DNA of 64,000 nucleotides from Octopus sinensis (Eukaryota). A program made the position numbers and the translations under genes. The stretch spans positions 144,336,001 through 144,400,000 of the forward strand of contig NC_043000.1 in the NCBI RefSeq assembly GCF_006345805.1, given 5' to 3'. Every line of letters begins with the position of its first letter. The stretch's first letter is position 1. Below, piece after piece: positions 13,291 through 26,288 of this stretch. Under the pieces are notes generated by a model. That model did no database searches. It saw nothing but the letters and a program-made list of their open reading frames with translations, and was not told where the DNA came from.

Positions 13291-14628
13291 TTAACCACAA
13301 AGTTTTTACATCAAAAAATTCTTGGTGGGCAGCACAGGTGAATAGAATGTAGAGTTACATGCAAGTCGTATAAACAATGGAAAATTATCTATTATAACAA
13401 CAATATTCCCCAAAAGAGGTATACATCATAGGAATGGTCGTGGAAACCCCACAAATCCCCAATAATCCTGTCCAACTTTGTCTACACTTGGGACATTGTC
13501 CCACCTTTTAAAAAATTGATGGTCTAGGGAAGAAATTCCCTCTCACTTTCCTTTTTAAGTGAAACTTGAAACAGTTGATGAGGGATTGGCCAAAGAGGAA
13601 ACTGTCTATCTGCAATCTTTTCAGTTATGTCCAGTACACAACCTCTTTCGCTAAGGCTATCAGGAAAAGTAATGCATCCTGTCCTTACCGGCACAAAAGA
13701 CGGCGGGGCTATTTTCCCAATGGACTAAGCTGATAGCCAGTTTCGTTCACACTTGACAGCAGGTGTTCAACATAAACACTCTAGTTAGAAATACTCTAGT
13801 GCAGATAAGAGTGTGCAGAACAGCTTCGTCCCTCTGCGCGCAACATTTGAAATCCTGGATGATTGCGCAATAAAATAATAATGACGATTACGAGAATAAT
13901 GGTGATGGTGATTATGATGATGCTACCGCTAACGCATTTGGTGATATGATAATGGGAATGATAATGATGATAGTATTAATGATGGCGATAAAGATAATTT
14001 TGGTGTAGACATGCAGCGATTTGAGTACAGTTTTGTGAAATGAAAATTATACACACAATGTTTTGTTTTACAAGTGCATCTGGATTTGCAGCAGGAAATT
14101 TAAAAACACCTATCGCTGCAGTTTAATAGTGCATCAATATTTATTTCTTTTCTGTCGTTACTTTACCATCCATGGCACTTATTGCTCTGGGATAGCATGT
14201 AATATCTGTTTATCATTGCATTGCTCCCTGTAAAGTTTATTTGGTTTAACGTCAACATGGTTTCTACACGTATATATGTGTGTATGCAAATAAATATTTG
14301 TGCGTATATATTTCTTTGTGTAAGCGTGTATGTATGTATTTCTATATGCATATGCGCTTACCTATTCGTGTAAGCACGGGTATAGCAACATGCGTATATA
14401 TGTGTGCTCTGTGTGTGTTTGTGGAAGCGTTTTGGTGCTTAATTGAAAAATTGAAACCAGGTTTTATTTCAGAGGAGTACGATATTAGTCAAATTCTGTA
14501 GGCAGTCGGTTAATGCAGAAACCCACTTGCTCCCTTCTTGTACGAGTCTTTTGCTGGTATTCTAAAATGTGCATTTGATGATAATAATACTGTCATGTGT
14601 GTGTGCATGTGTGTGTGTGCGTGCGTGC

Positions 14629-14673
<45 letters not shown>

Positions 14674-14919
14674 TGTATGCATATCAGTCTATCTATCATA
14701 TACACTTACGCTGCCGTCTGGAGCAATTTCAGCTATCCCAAAAGAACATTTTATAAGAGAAAACGTTTAATTCTGGTGATAAATAAACGTAACTAAAAAC
14801 CATGCGATATTTCGTCTAACACCTTATTGATCGGGAATATATACTATTTTAACATTACATGTATACCACAAAAAATAGCAGAATATACACGCGAAAAGAA
14901 TTATATTTTACTGATATAT

Positions 14920-14984
<65 letters not shown>

Positions 14985-16199
14985 CTGTTCTGGTATAATA
15001 AACATACAATAAAATCTTAAATATAACGCTTACCCCACGCGATACAGCAAAATATTCTAAAACTTACTAAAAAATGTATATATTTCTATTGTAAATATAT
15101 ATAATCATTTAAGATTTTAACAAAAATCTATTTCATAAATATCATCCATTAAAAAACACATTAACGGTAATTCCTTTCAAATAATCCATATTAATACAAG
15201 TAATGATTTCAGTTTAATGGCAAGCTGCAGCTCAAATTCTATTGTCTTGTTTTGATGCTTACTTCTTAATGTAACTGCTGAAATGCAATGTTTGATATTA
15301 TGTAAAGAAATTATTACTACAGACATTCAGTTCAATACTTTCATTGCAATATTTCTTTACGGCAATTAATCTTTCCCACTTAGAAAATGTTTGATTGGGC
15401 AATCATTTCATCCGGAAATTTCTCGTATTTTTTTTTCCAATGATCATAAAATATTCGTGTTTGCAAAATAGATCTATTACCAACTTTTTAAAAGTGAGGT
15501 AATATGTACCAAACAGGGAGCATCTATTTTGTAGCTGACGTATTAGAAATTAGTAGAGGCCAGCTGAAATGTTGAAATCAACATGAACAAAATGGCGAAT
15601 ACAGTGTAGCAAACATTATTTCTGAATACTGTTGAGTGTTATAACTAAGCCATGAACCAGAAGACTTATGATCGAGGTCATTCCATACTTTAGCTTATAT
15701 ACTTGTTCAGGCAAATATTTATTTTTAATGATAGGTAGTAATTTGAGGTAGACTGGCTTCTAACTTTAGGTATTGATTGGAAGTATTTATTGGTAGAACA
15801 AGATATACTGTGGCGGAAATACATGGAAGCTTAATGGGTAATTCAGGTACTATATGCTACGAAATGTATTGTGTGTATCATGGATGTAAACCGTGTTTAA
15901 ATATCAACTCAATAGCTGCTACACCCGATATGATGTTCCCACATAAGGAATTAGATCCATTGCACATTTCTGTATGCAACAGAAGAATCTCAGCAGAGGA
16001 TGGCAATAAACGTTCATGCATGAACAAAATAAAGTGACCAATCATGTTTTCCTTAGTACCTATTTTATCCAATATCAGAATATAGAAAGACGAAAACGAG
16101 CTGGACGTAAATATAAATAAATAAGAGATAAGCATCTGTACAAGATCACTGTTTTTGAAGCGGGGTTTCTATTATATTTCAGATATTCAGGAACACGCA

Positions 16200-16325
16200 C
16201 ATACACGCACAAATGCACACTTACACACATACAAGCTCACATATACATACAGATGCACAGCTAAATATACATACACATATATATATATATATGAGTGAAC
16301 ATGCTTTTGCAGCTCTTGCTCTCTC

Positions 16326-16364
<39 letters not shown>

Positions 16365-16559
16365 ATATGTATATATATATATATGTGTGTATATATATAT
16401 ATATATTATATATATATATATAAGCCCATGCCTACACATACGTATATATCTAAATATAGATAGATAGGCAGGTAGATATATAGAAAGATGGATAGCTAGA
16501 TTAATAGATATATAGATAGATAGAGAGATAGATAGATATATAGATGGATAGACAGACAG

Positions 16560-16632
<73 letters not shown>

Positions 16633-16820
16633 TAAAGAGAGAGAGAGATAGATAGATAGCTACATACATACATACATACATACATACAAACATAGATACA
16701 TACATACATACATACATATATACATACATACATATATACATACATACATACATGCATACATACATACATACATACATACATACATACATACATACATACA
16801 TACATACATACATACATACA
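16200..16820. repeat. Compound (CT)/(TA)/(GATA)/(GA)/(TACA) microsatellite block
   Basis: Direct reading. Confidence 0.95.
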
Positions 16821-16984
16821 TAATGGTACGTCAGATACAACAGAACAAAATTTCTTGAGGCGAAAATAACTTCAATAAATCAAGAGCTCTTGTAAGGTAT
16901 TTGACATGACGGTATTTTTGTATGTTCTTCAAATTCATGCCACTGGCCACTTCGCATTATTTCCTTTGCTTGAAAGTATATACA

Positions 16985-17131
16985 TAGGTGCAGTCGTAGC
17001 TGTGTGGTAAAATTCTTGCTTCTCCACCACTCGGTTGTGGCTCTTCGGGAAAATATCTTCTACTATTGCCTCGCAACGGCCAACGCCTTGTCAGTGGTTT
17101 TGGTAGACGGAAACGGTAAGAAAAAACCGTC

Positions 17132-17133
<2 letters not shown>
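16985..17133 (+). mobile_element. SINE family B, 5' half (diverged)
   Basis: Matches the reverse complement of 31173-31338 (gctgtgtggtaa...tcttctactat..cctcg..ccaacgccttgt.agtgg.tttggtagacggaaac). Confidence 0.75.
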
Positions 17134-17169
<36 letters not shown>

Positions 17170-17201
17170 TATTTAAAAGCAGCAGAATATTCAACAAAAC
17201 C

Positions 17202-17239
17202 TGTTACACCTTGAGTTTCATGTTCCCGTTCGTCGGACA
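17202..17239 (-). ncRNA. Degenerate minimal hammerhead motif (PLE pLTR remnant)
   Basis: Minus strand TGT-CCGACGA-ACG-ggaa-CAT-GAAA-CTCaagGTG-TA-ACA. Stem I TGT/ACA, GUA triplet; stems II and III carry mismatches. Confidence 0.4.
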
Positions 17240-17351
17240 TACATACATACATACATGTATACGTGTGTTGTGAATTTGTGTGTGCATGTCTGTACTTCTA
17301 TGTGTGTTTCCTTGTCCGTGAATTTGGTAAACGGAAACTGAAAGAACCGGT

Positions 17352-17412
<61 letters not shown>

Positions 17413-17500
17413 TTCAAATTTACAGAAAAACAAAAGACATAGCAGATGTAGGAACAATACGAGGGTGTATTCGTTTAACGCTCGGGTAAATTGGAAAAGT

Positions 17501-17545
17501 CTGTTACGTTTCGACCCTACGCTCTTCGACTGGAAGGAATGAGAA
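17501..17545 (-). mobile_element. PLE pLTR remnant related to 3420-3456
   Basis: Minus strand ccttccagtcgaagagcgtagggtcgaaacgtaac versus tttccgacgaagagctccgctcgaaacgttaaac; both preceded by a pyrimidine tract. Confidence 0.4.
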
Positions 17546-17627
17546 GAAAAAAGGGAAATAATAGTACATATGTACGTTATATATTGACATATACACCTAT
17601 ATATACATACATATATACTAAAATTAA

Positions 17628-17672
<45 letters not shown>

Positions 17673-17691
17673 TATGTAATTATATTAAAAT

Positions 17692-18119
17692 GATCAGGAA
17701 ATAAACCTGCTCCAACATGCTATAATATTGGCTGTATAAGCCAGTTAACTCCTACAAAAACATGGGTTGTTAGCGAGAAAACGAAAAGCTTTATAGTAAA
17801 TCGTGAATTGGGTCGAATTTCGGGATTAAAGCAATAAAAATAGTTTTTTTCCCATGCTCAGCCCAATATTCAAAGACACATAATCAGAGATATTTATACA
17901 TAACCATATGAAGCAAAGCGCACGTTCAAGTGCAAATATATGCATCAAAGTAAAGTCAAATTTTTACTTTTCATTTCAGCCGCGTCTTTTCACACGAAAT
18001 AGTCTCGCATGGAACGCGATTTCGATCAGGACCTAAAATATTTTATTATTTACTCTTCTTAGAATACAGTGCCTTTTGTTGTCTTCTTATAGCATGTTGG
18101 AGGAGGTTATTTCCTGATC
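17692..18119. repeat. ~32-bp inverted repeats bracketing ~365 bp (MITE-like or inverted PLE end)
   Basis: 17692-17724 gatcaggaaataaacctgctccaacatgctata versus reverse complement of 18088-18119 gatcaggaaataacctcctccaacatgctata; (TA)n arrays lie a few tens of bp outside each arm. Confidence 0.6.
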
Positions 18120-18174
18120 CTTGCCACTTGATATTACTATTAGCATGATCTTATCCTTGATTTTATGAGTGTAT

Positions 18175-18246
<72 letters not shown>

Positions 18247-19249
18247 CGGAAATGGAAAAACAACACAATAAATTGAACAATTATGAATTCAACTCAATCT
18301 AAATATTTTGTACAAACAAATGACATATCTCATACATATAATACATAGAAAGAGAGAGAGAGAGAGATAGAAAGAACGAAAGAAAGCTGTTTGTGTGTTT
18401 GTGTGTGTGTGTGTGGTGTGAGTGTGTGTGTGTGTGTGCGGTGTGTATCTCTGTGTGTGTGTGTGTGTGTAGCGTGTGTGCATGTTGTGTTTTTGTTTGT
18501 GTGCCTGTGTTTGTCCTTCACCAATGTATGGCAACAACCATCGGTATGATTTTCTGTTAATATGAGCGACATGGACACTCTAGCACAAGAATGCCTCACC
18601 ATTTACTGTTACAGTAAAATATTTCTGACGACCCGTAGCTATAGAAAATGACAATGACATGTGGCTAAATGTATCTGGGAACTTGTGTTTCGGAATCAAA
18701 GTACTCCACTGTTGTTACATACAGTTCTAAAATTCACATATATGCACTCATAGGTACATGGTCGAATGGATTCTTGTACATCCGCTTGCACATGAACTTG
18801 CTTGGCGGGCACTTAAAGAATCATGTCGTATGTGTGTGTGAACGTGCAAGTGTGTGTGTGCGCATGCATACGAGTGTTTGTCAAGTACCACCGCTTTGAA
18901 ACAAGATTTTATTTGTTTATGTAATCTTAATTGAACGGTTCGGTGATTTATACCTGTAGAACAATATCTCAATATATAAAGCATATAAGCATCGATTTGC
19001 GATTTGTTTCACTGGATCCTTCACGGCGATGCACCAGCGTGGCTGGAATCCAATGATCAAAACCAACTACCAGATGAAAGTGCGCCCGTGTGTGTGTGTG
19101 TGCGCGCGCGCAAAGAAAGAGAATGAGAGAGAGAAAAAGCAAATACTGAAGACGAATTACAATACACAACACTGTTAACAAGAGATGTTAAAACAAATGT
19201 CATTATTTTGAAGTTTATGGAAGACTGGAAATCTAAAGTGTATTATACT

Positions 19250-20640
19250 TTGGAATGATCATTCTTTGGATACTAGAAAAAATCCCGTCGAAATTGGAAT
19301 GGTGGAAAAGGAAAGATGAAAGGGGATAGCGAGGCAGAAGGATAAAAAAAAAACATAGTGAAATACCTCGAACATCAGCAAAGTCATGGAACGAATAACC
19401 AGAAGAAAACTAATCACCTTCCTTGAAGAAAATGACTTGCTGACTGACGCCCAAAATTGTTTCCGTCCGGGAAGAAGCTGCTTCATTCAGCTCTTACAAT
19501 GCTATCACTGGGTGTTGAAACAGCTGTGTAACCACTCAAATGTGCAAATGCCTTCGATAATGTCGATCAGGGAATGACACAAACTGCGTGATCTCAGCTT
19601 AGTCGGGCAATTGGTAGAATGGCTATATGACTTTCTGAAGGATAGGGTGCAGGTGGTAGTAGCCAATGAGGCCACTTCCAATGACACGCAAATAGTGAGC
19701 AGTGTTCTGCAAAACACTGTTTTGGGACCACTACTGTTCACATATGTTCTCAGCCACATAAAGAACCACGATCACAAGTTATGCAGATGGTGCAGAACTA
19801 TGAAGACAATATGCAGCTGCAATGTAAGATGGATGAAATATAGAAGTGGCCTGAGAAGAATTGCATGCAGTTTAATGCTGAAAAGCTTCAAGACTTGTAC
19901 TATCAGCATGAAAAACTATATGCATTACACTGGGCCCGGAGGGATTGCAGTTCCAGGGACACATTCAGTGCGGGACCTGGGCATTCACATGAGTAATGAT
20001 GCATTCTTCTGTGTGCATGTTGCAAAGCTAGCAATGGAATGCAGGTAGTAAACCGGATCGATTCTTAGAACTTTTAGAACAAGAAATCAGGAAACCATGA
20101 TGGTTCTCTAGAGGACGCTGGTCGTAAGCCCATTTGACTACTGCTCTCAGCTATGATCACCAACCAGTGAAAAATTAATTGCAGAACTTGAGGCAATTCA
20201 ACGAGGCTACAGAAAGAAGATAGCCTCTATGCAGCATATAAGCTACTGCGAAAGACTCAAGAGATTAAGACTTTATACTTTAGAGCATAGGCGAGAAAGA
20301 TATGCAAACATATATGCCTAGAAGACCCTAGAGAGTTACACTAATGCTAGAACAGGGCGCCACTGCATAGTGCCAAGGACTACAATTTCGCTATCAATAT
20401 ATAGTGCAAGTTATTGAAAGAGCGTAGGCTTTAGGGGACCACGGTGCTTCAATATCCTCCCGAAGGATCTCAGAGACCTACATGGGGTGCATGTAGGTGT
20501 TTTCAAAATGAAAGTGGACCTCTTCCTGTCAAGTGTCCAAAATGAACCAACTACACAGCAGGAAGTGCAGATGAGGGCAGCGGTATCAAACACCCTCGTG
20601 CCACAAATGTTAATTTCTAAAAAGAATTAGTGCAGTAAAA
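19250..20640 (+). mobile_element. 5'-truncated CR1-group LINE RT and 3' region, decayed
   Basis: SNISKVMERITRRKLITFLEENDLLTDAQNCFRPGRSCFIQLL; AFDNVD; VEWLYDFLKDRVQVVVAN..VLQNTVLGPLLF; VRDLGIHMSND; LEAIQR..SYCERLKRLRLYTLEHRRER. Confidence 0.9.
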
Positions 20641-20803
20641 TGATGTAGAAACACCAAATGGTGGAGCCCTGTCATGTTCACAGATTATGAGTGGAAACTA
20701 GATCAAATCAAAGGGATTCGTTTATTCGTGACAAACTGGAGACCGCGAAAGGGAAATGGTAGTCCATGCTGAAGGGGTGATAGTGTAGGTACTTATTTGT
20801 TTA

Positions 20804-20847
<44 letters not shown>

Positions 20848-20947
20848 ATGTATGTATATATATATATGTATATATGTATATTTGTATTTATGTATGTATG
20901 TATGTATATATATTCTTGTATTTTGGGATGGTCATTTTTGTTTGCCC

Positions 20948-21025
<78 letters not shown>

Positions 21026-21044
21026 TATCTGCACGCGCACATGT

Positions 21045-21437
21045 GTATGAGGTAGGAAGCTTGTTTTCCAACCACATGGTTCCTTCCGGTTTCAGTCACA
21101 CTGCGTGGTACCTTGGTCAAGCCTCACGTAATATGTCCTCGGGGCAACAAAATCCTTGTCAGTGGATTTTGCAAACGGAAAATGTAATGAACTCGTCTTA
21201 AATATGTATGTGTATACCTGTGTGCACGCCTTTATTTCTCTGAGTCTCCCCACATCACCGCTTGAGAGTCTGTGTTGGTGTGTTTACGTCCCCGTAACGT
21301 AGTGGCTCGACAAACGAAACCGATGGCTTATGTACTAGGCTTTTTAACAATAATGTCGATTTGCTGGACTAAAACACTTTAATGCGGTGCTGCAGCATAG
21401 CTACAGTCAAGTGACTGAAACCAGTGAAAGATTAAGA
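21045..21437 (+). mobile_element. SINE family B, near complete and diverged
   Basis: Head ttgttttccaaccacatggttcc..cactgcgtgg.accttgg.caag, internal TA/CA stretch, tail gcggtgctgcagcatagctacagtcaagtgactgaaac. Confidence 0.8.
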
Positions 21438-22438
21438 AGCCTATATACATTTCGTGTTATAATGAAAAGAGGTGCACGATTATACAATTTTTGACTTCAG
21501 CCTAATATAACCCACTACTGCAACTCATTGTTAGGGCATCTGTATGAGTGGAGCCAAGGCAAGATTGTTTGTACTGGCATCGCGTCGTATTAGTTGTTGC
21601 AAAGAAGTCAAACCAAATACTGATATTTTGAAATAGGTTAATACGTATGTTTCAGGTATGCTAATATATAAGAAGTACGTCAATTACATAAACTTTCTTA
21701 GGTTAAAGCGTTTATAAATATACATATAACATGCAATATTATGAAGAGGAAGTTGTCAAATCTTTTATAGAATCGGCGTTGCACGCGGATAAATGCTGAA
21801 ATATACAACAATATTTTCTTCAATGACACAGGTGTGGATTCAAGATGGTTTTCCTTTGTTTGATTCGAGCTGAGAGATAGATAAGTAAAAATCCGTATTG
21901 TCACTGGCGAACAAGTCCTAAGTTTAGGTAGTTTTTCCTGTGGATTTGAAGAACAATTAAATTTAATTCTTTTTTGGTTGGCTCTAGCAAATCTAGATAA
22001 TTTAATGTTGAATTACATCTCCTAAATATCGGTTTTGAATTTATCAAAAGAGTGGATATGCGATGGGTTCTGTATAACATTTCAGGGTAAATGAATTATT
22101 AGCGTTAGCTTTATCAAATCTATTATGAAAGAAAAATGCACGCAGTATTGCTCGTCCTATTAAATCATTAGTTTGCAGTAGAAATTACGATAAAGAGACA
22201 TTCTGAAATGCACTTGGCATACATCTTAGAGAAGTATCAAGAAATAACTACTTCCAGGTGGAAGGATACAGATTTATTCTCCATTGTCAGTGGAGGAAGT
22301 GCATTCATTCCCCTATCAATCACTTACGAGATTTTCTCCACTGATCCTATGGACTTTATTTACATATCAGGGTCGAGTAGGCACGAAAGACATCTAGAAT
22401 TAAGTATGCAATGTGTGTGCTTGTGTATATATGTATGT

Positions 22439-22775
22439 GTATGGCTCAGTGGTTAGAGCGTCGAGCTTACGATCGTGAGGTTGTGAGCTCGAATCCCGGA
22501 CCGGGCTGCGTGTTGTGTTCTCGAGCAAGGCACTTTATTTCACGTTGCTCCAGTTCACTCAGCTGTAGAAATGAGCTGCGACGTCACAGGTGCCAAGCTG
22601 TATCGACCTTTGTCTTTCCCTTGGATAACACTGGTGGCGTGGAGAGGGGAGGCTGGTATGCATGGGCGACTGCTGGCCTTCCATAAACAACCTTGCACGG
22701 ACTTGTGTCTAGGAGGGTAACTTTCTAGGTGCAATCCCATGGTCATTCATGACCGAAGGGGGTCTTTACCCCTTT
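22439..22775 (+). mobile_element. tRNA-derived SINE, family C
   Basis: A box TGGCTCAGTGG, B-box-like GCTCGAATCC, central gtgttctcgagcaaggcacttt..gctccagttcactcagctgt domain resembling shared SINE core domains; no tRNA acceptor-stem closure. Confidence 0.85.
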
Positions 22776-24255
22776 ATGTATGAATGTATGTTTGTATGTA
22801 TATGTGTGCATTTGTCTGTACATGTGTCAGTGTGTGTATGTATCTACATACATATTATCTAATGTCACCGTGCATCATTTTCCGTGATTTATAATTGTTA
22901 CTTAGCAGAGATGTGTAGATATGATTGCAATATGTCAAACATATATTAACCACTATAAATGCTGTAATGTAACGTTATATACCTTGCACGTATCTCAGCT
23001 TACTACAAATGACCGACAAGTGTTTCATATAGCTACGGCTTAAATAAATGCTTTGCCCTAAATGTAATTCTAGAAAGACTAGATTGGGTTGTTATGTGGA
23101 GAATGTCTTTGATCATGCATGTGCTTCATATGAATTGATGTGAACGTAAATACAAGACCAAGAGCCCCATCTGGTATTCTAAGACTCGCACATATACACA
23201 CACATACATATGACAATTCCATCTATCATAGTTATAGCTATAAACTGTCGTAAGAAAAGTTAAATAGCTTTTGTTACAATCAATAAAAAAATTGCGTTGA
23301 AAAAACAAAGGAAATAGCAGAAAAAGATATGAGAATTCTGGGATTGAAACCTTTGGCAATAAATGTCGAGAAATATTTGGGATTACATTTTTATAATTTC
23401 ATTTTCCCTATCACAGATATCTTTATATGCATCGCAATTCAATTAATTCCTATCCAATATATAGCCATCTCCATTAATTTTTTTTGTAAATATACAAAAT
23501 AATAAACAGAAAAAGAACTAAATTTTAAAGCTGTACAACATAATAAGGATTTCACACTTAACGTTTATTCGCATTTTAATTGTTTGTTTTACCAATGAAC
23601 ATGCGGTTGCTAGGATAGGCGGACCATATGTTATATATGTCTGCCTATATATACATCTTTCATTTTTATTATTTTCTTATCACATAATTCTAAAATATTG
23701 CAATAGTATGAATTTATCATTTCCAATTTAATAAGTTTTCCCTTTATTTCTATATTGTTTTTGTTATCGTTTTTATTTCTATATGTTATATATATTTTTT
23801 AATATGAAATCTAAAAATGATTCAAAGAAAAATTTCCCATTTTCTTATATCAAGATTAAACGAGTTTAAACTTCTTCTTTATAATCAATATGTAATAGAT
23901 ATAAAGAAAAGTTTTGCTCAAAGCATATAGGATATGTATATATACGCATATAGGATATACGCATATAGGATATGTATATATATGTGCGTATGTGTGTATG
24001 TGTCTGTTAGTGTGTGTCTGTGTGTACCGCTGTTTGTGTCTGCATGTGTATGTGTGTTTGCGTGTGTGGAGGATATATAGAATTGAACTATTCGGCCTCT
24101 GCTCTCCTAAGCAGTTATCCGTAGCCTTATACAGAATTTGCACAAGACAAAGCCATGCATGCACCCCACACAAACACACATACACACAACTGATGAGGTC
24201 CAGACACAGTTGAAATCATTCCTTCCAGCCGCAAAAGTGTTATAACTTTTCACAG

Positions 24256-24279
24256 GTTTCCTTCTGGTCGAGAATACAG
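24256..24279 (+). CDS. Candidate 24-nt microexon (phase 1-1) of the host gene
   Basis: Acceptor tataactttttcacag|, donor CAG|GTCACG (weak), encodes (G)FLLVENT; phase fits between the 6340 and 31731 exons. Confidence 0.3.
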
Positions 24280-24591
24280 GTCACGTGTGTTTCTATGAAT
24301 GCATACATGTCGCCTGGATAAAATTTCTTCAGCTCTTCGAGACAGAATATCTGAAGAATACTTTACATTACCTACTGCAAAAGTTGCAAAACGTTACCCT
24401 CCAAACCGAGCGAAACATTTTCATCAATAATACACCGTATATGCTATAGCAAGTAATGTATATACAAATATTACTCGTATTCTCCGAGGTAGCATTAGTG
24501 AATTTGCCTTTTAGTAGATAAAATGTGTCGCAAAAATAAGTAAACCTCAGTTCGCATGTATATATACAAGCACACACACACACACATATAC

Positions 24592-24633
<42 letters not shown>

Positions 24634-24788
24634 ATATGATGTATGTATGCATGTATATATAGTATATATTATATATGTATATATATATATATATATATAA
24701 TATATATAATAAATATTAGGGAATAAATCCAATTACAGGGAAAAAATCAGATTTAGGATTAAACCGATTTTATAGTAAGATATTATAA

Positions 24789-25116
24789 AATATTATTAGA
24801 GACAAAACCACTATTTTGCAAAACAAACAAGGAAAGACTTAATCAATACATAAAATTTTAATAAATAGTCAAAAAAACCGCCACTACAATCGTTTCTTGT
24901 CTTGATCGACAATCTTCAGGTGGACTTCCAATAATTCAGTGTCAAATATGACTTCATAATTTGACACTGAATTATTGGAAGTCCACCTGAAGATTGTCGA
25001 TCAAGACAAGAAACGATTGTAGTGGCGGTTTTTTGACTATTTATTAAAATTTTATGTATTGATTAAGTCTTTCCTTGTTTGTTTTGCAAAATAGTGGTTT
25101 TGTCTCTAATAATATT
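24789..25116. repeat. Near-perfect palindrome, 159/158-bp arms, 11-nt spacer, derived from a PLE terminal repeat
   Basis: 24789-24947 is the reverse complement of 24959-25116 except one base in an A/T run (7 versus 6). Confidence 0.95.
24983..25025 (+). ncRNA. Type I minimal hammerhead ribozyme (mirror copy on the - strand at 24881-24923)
   Basis: CCAC-CTGAAGA-TTGTC-gatcaa-GACAA-GAAA-C-gatt-G-TA-GTGG. Intact core, stem I CCAC/GTGG, 5-bp stem II, near-palindromic CGATTG stem III, predicted cleavage after GUA at 25021. Confidence 0.75.
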
Positions 25117-25125
25117 ATATATATA

Positions 25126-26180
25126 TATACAATAATATGTTACATTACTCGGTAGTCAAGATAAAACTCTGAGTTTCAGATGCCGAAGTGGAAATCCACA
25201 ACACCATCTCTTCAGTTATCTGGCTATTTGAAAACGCTATGAAAAAATACCTTACTCACCCGAGGTGGCCTTCGATATAGGTAAATATTTCCTAGCACTG
25301 ATAGATAGACATTTTCCAGTTAACCATACTTATAGGAAACTCTTCAATAGACACAATTTAAAAATTAGTTTTAGTTCAGCTACCAATTTTAAAAACATAA
25401 TCAAACATAACATACAAAAAACACAAGAAAACAGCTGTTCATGCAGGAATAAAGAATTGTGCCCGCTAAATGGAGCTTGCATGTCCAACACCATCATATA
25501 TGAAGCTACCGTAAACTCTATAACCACTAAAGACACCGTTTCCACGAAGAAATACGTGGGCCTTACAGAGGGTAATTTCAAGGCCAGGTTCAATAACCAC
25601 ACTTTGAGCTTTAGGCACTGGAACAAAAGAAAAGCGACACAATTATCTAATCACATTTGTTCTTTAAGAGATAAAGATGTCAATTATAACATACAATGGA
25701 AGATTTGGGCCAGATGTAAGCCCTATACCAACGGCAGCGGAAGGTGCGGTCTATGCGATATGGAGAGATGGCTTATCTGGAAAAGCAGCTTAGACCCTAC
25801 TACATGTCTAAATACAAGGACAGAGCTTTTCGGATCATGCCCACATGTGACTAAATTTCTGTTACGTTTTTGGTCCCCTAAAGAAAACAGATAGAACATG
25901 CTTTCTATGTTATGTCCCAAGAAGAATTTATATATTTGTATATATTTTTATATATTTTTTATGTATTTTTATATAATTTTTATGACGAAAAATGCGAGCG
26001 ATGTATAAGTACGCAGGCAAGCAGAGTTATAACACAGTAATTTCCCTTTATTTAACGGTATTTTTTCATAGCGTTTTCAAATAGCCAGATAACCGAAGAG
26101 ATGGTGTTGTGGATTTCCACTTCGGCATCTAAAACTCAGAGTTTTATCTTGACTACCGAGTAATGTAACATTATTGTATA
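25126..26180 (+). mobile_element. 5'-truncated PLE with inverted terminal repeats (25126-25251 and 26057-26180)
   Basis: ~125-bp inverted repeats flank a GIY-YIG ORF; the repeat folds as a hammerhead (AGATAA-CTGAAGA...GAAA-CTCAGAG-TT-TTATCT). An inverted 5' pLTR is a known PLE insertion structure. Confidence 0.85.
25265..25894 (+). CDS. PLE C-terminal region: RT thumb end, Cys motif and GIY-YIG endonuclease
   Basis: IGKYFLALIDRHFP..RKLFNRHNLKISFS; CSCRNKELCPLNGAC; IIYEATV...KYVGLTEGNFKARFNNH; RCGLCDMER; LNTRTELFGSCPH. Open for 209 codons; no true start codon. Confidence 0.85.
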   Translation: MAFDIGKYFLALIDRHFPVNHTYRKLFNRHNLKISFSSATNFKNIIKHNIQKTQENSCSCRNKELCPLNGACMSNTIIYEATVNSITTKDTVSTKKYVGLTEGNFKARFNNHTLSFRHWNKRKATQLSNHICSLRDKDVNYNIQWKIWARCKPYTNGSGRCGLCDMERWLIWKSSLDPTTCLNTRTELFGSCPHVTKFLLRFWSPKENR

Positions 26181-26246
26181 GATAAATTTCCTGTATTTAC
26201 ATAATATTGAAGTCTCTTTCTTTCTTTTGTTATCTTACCGTTTTAT

Positions 26247-26288
<42 letters not shown>

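Noticed and set aside
15777-16037. 86-aa + ORF
   Set aside because: No motif or splice-site support.
22439-22510. tRNA gene (also 52756 and the SINE A/B heads)
   Set aside because: A and B boxes are present, but there is no closed cloverleaf and the sequence continues into a SINE body.
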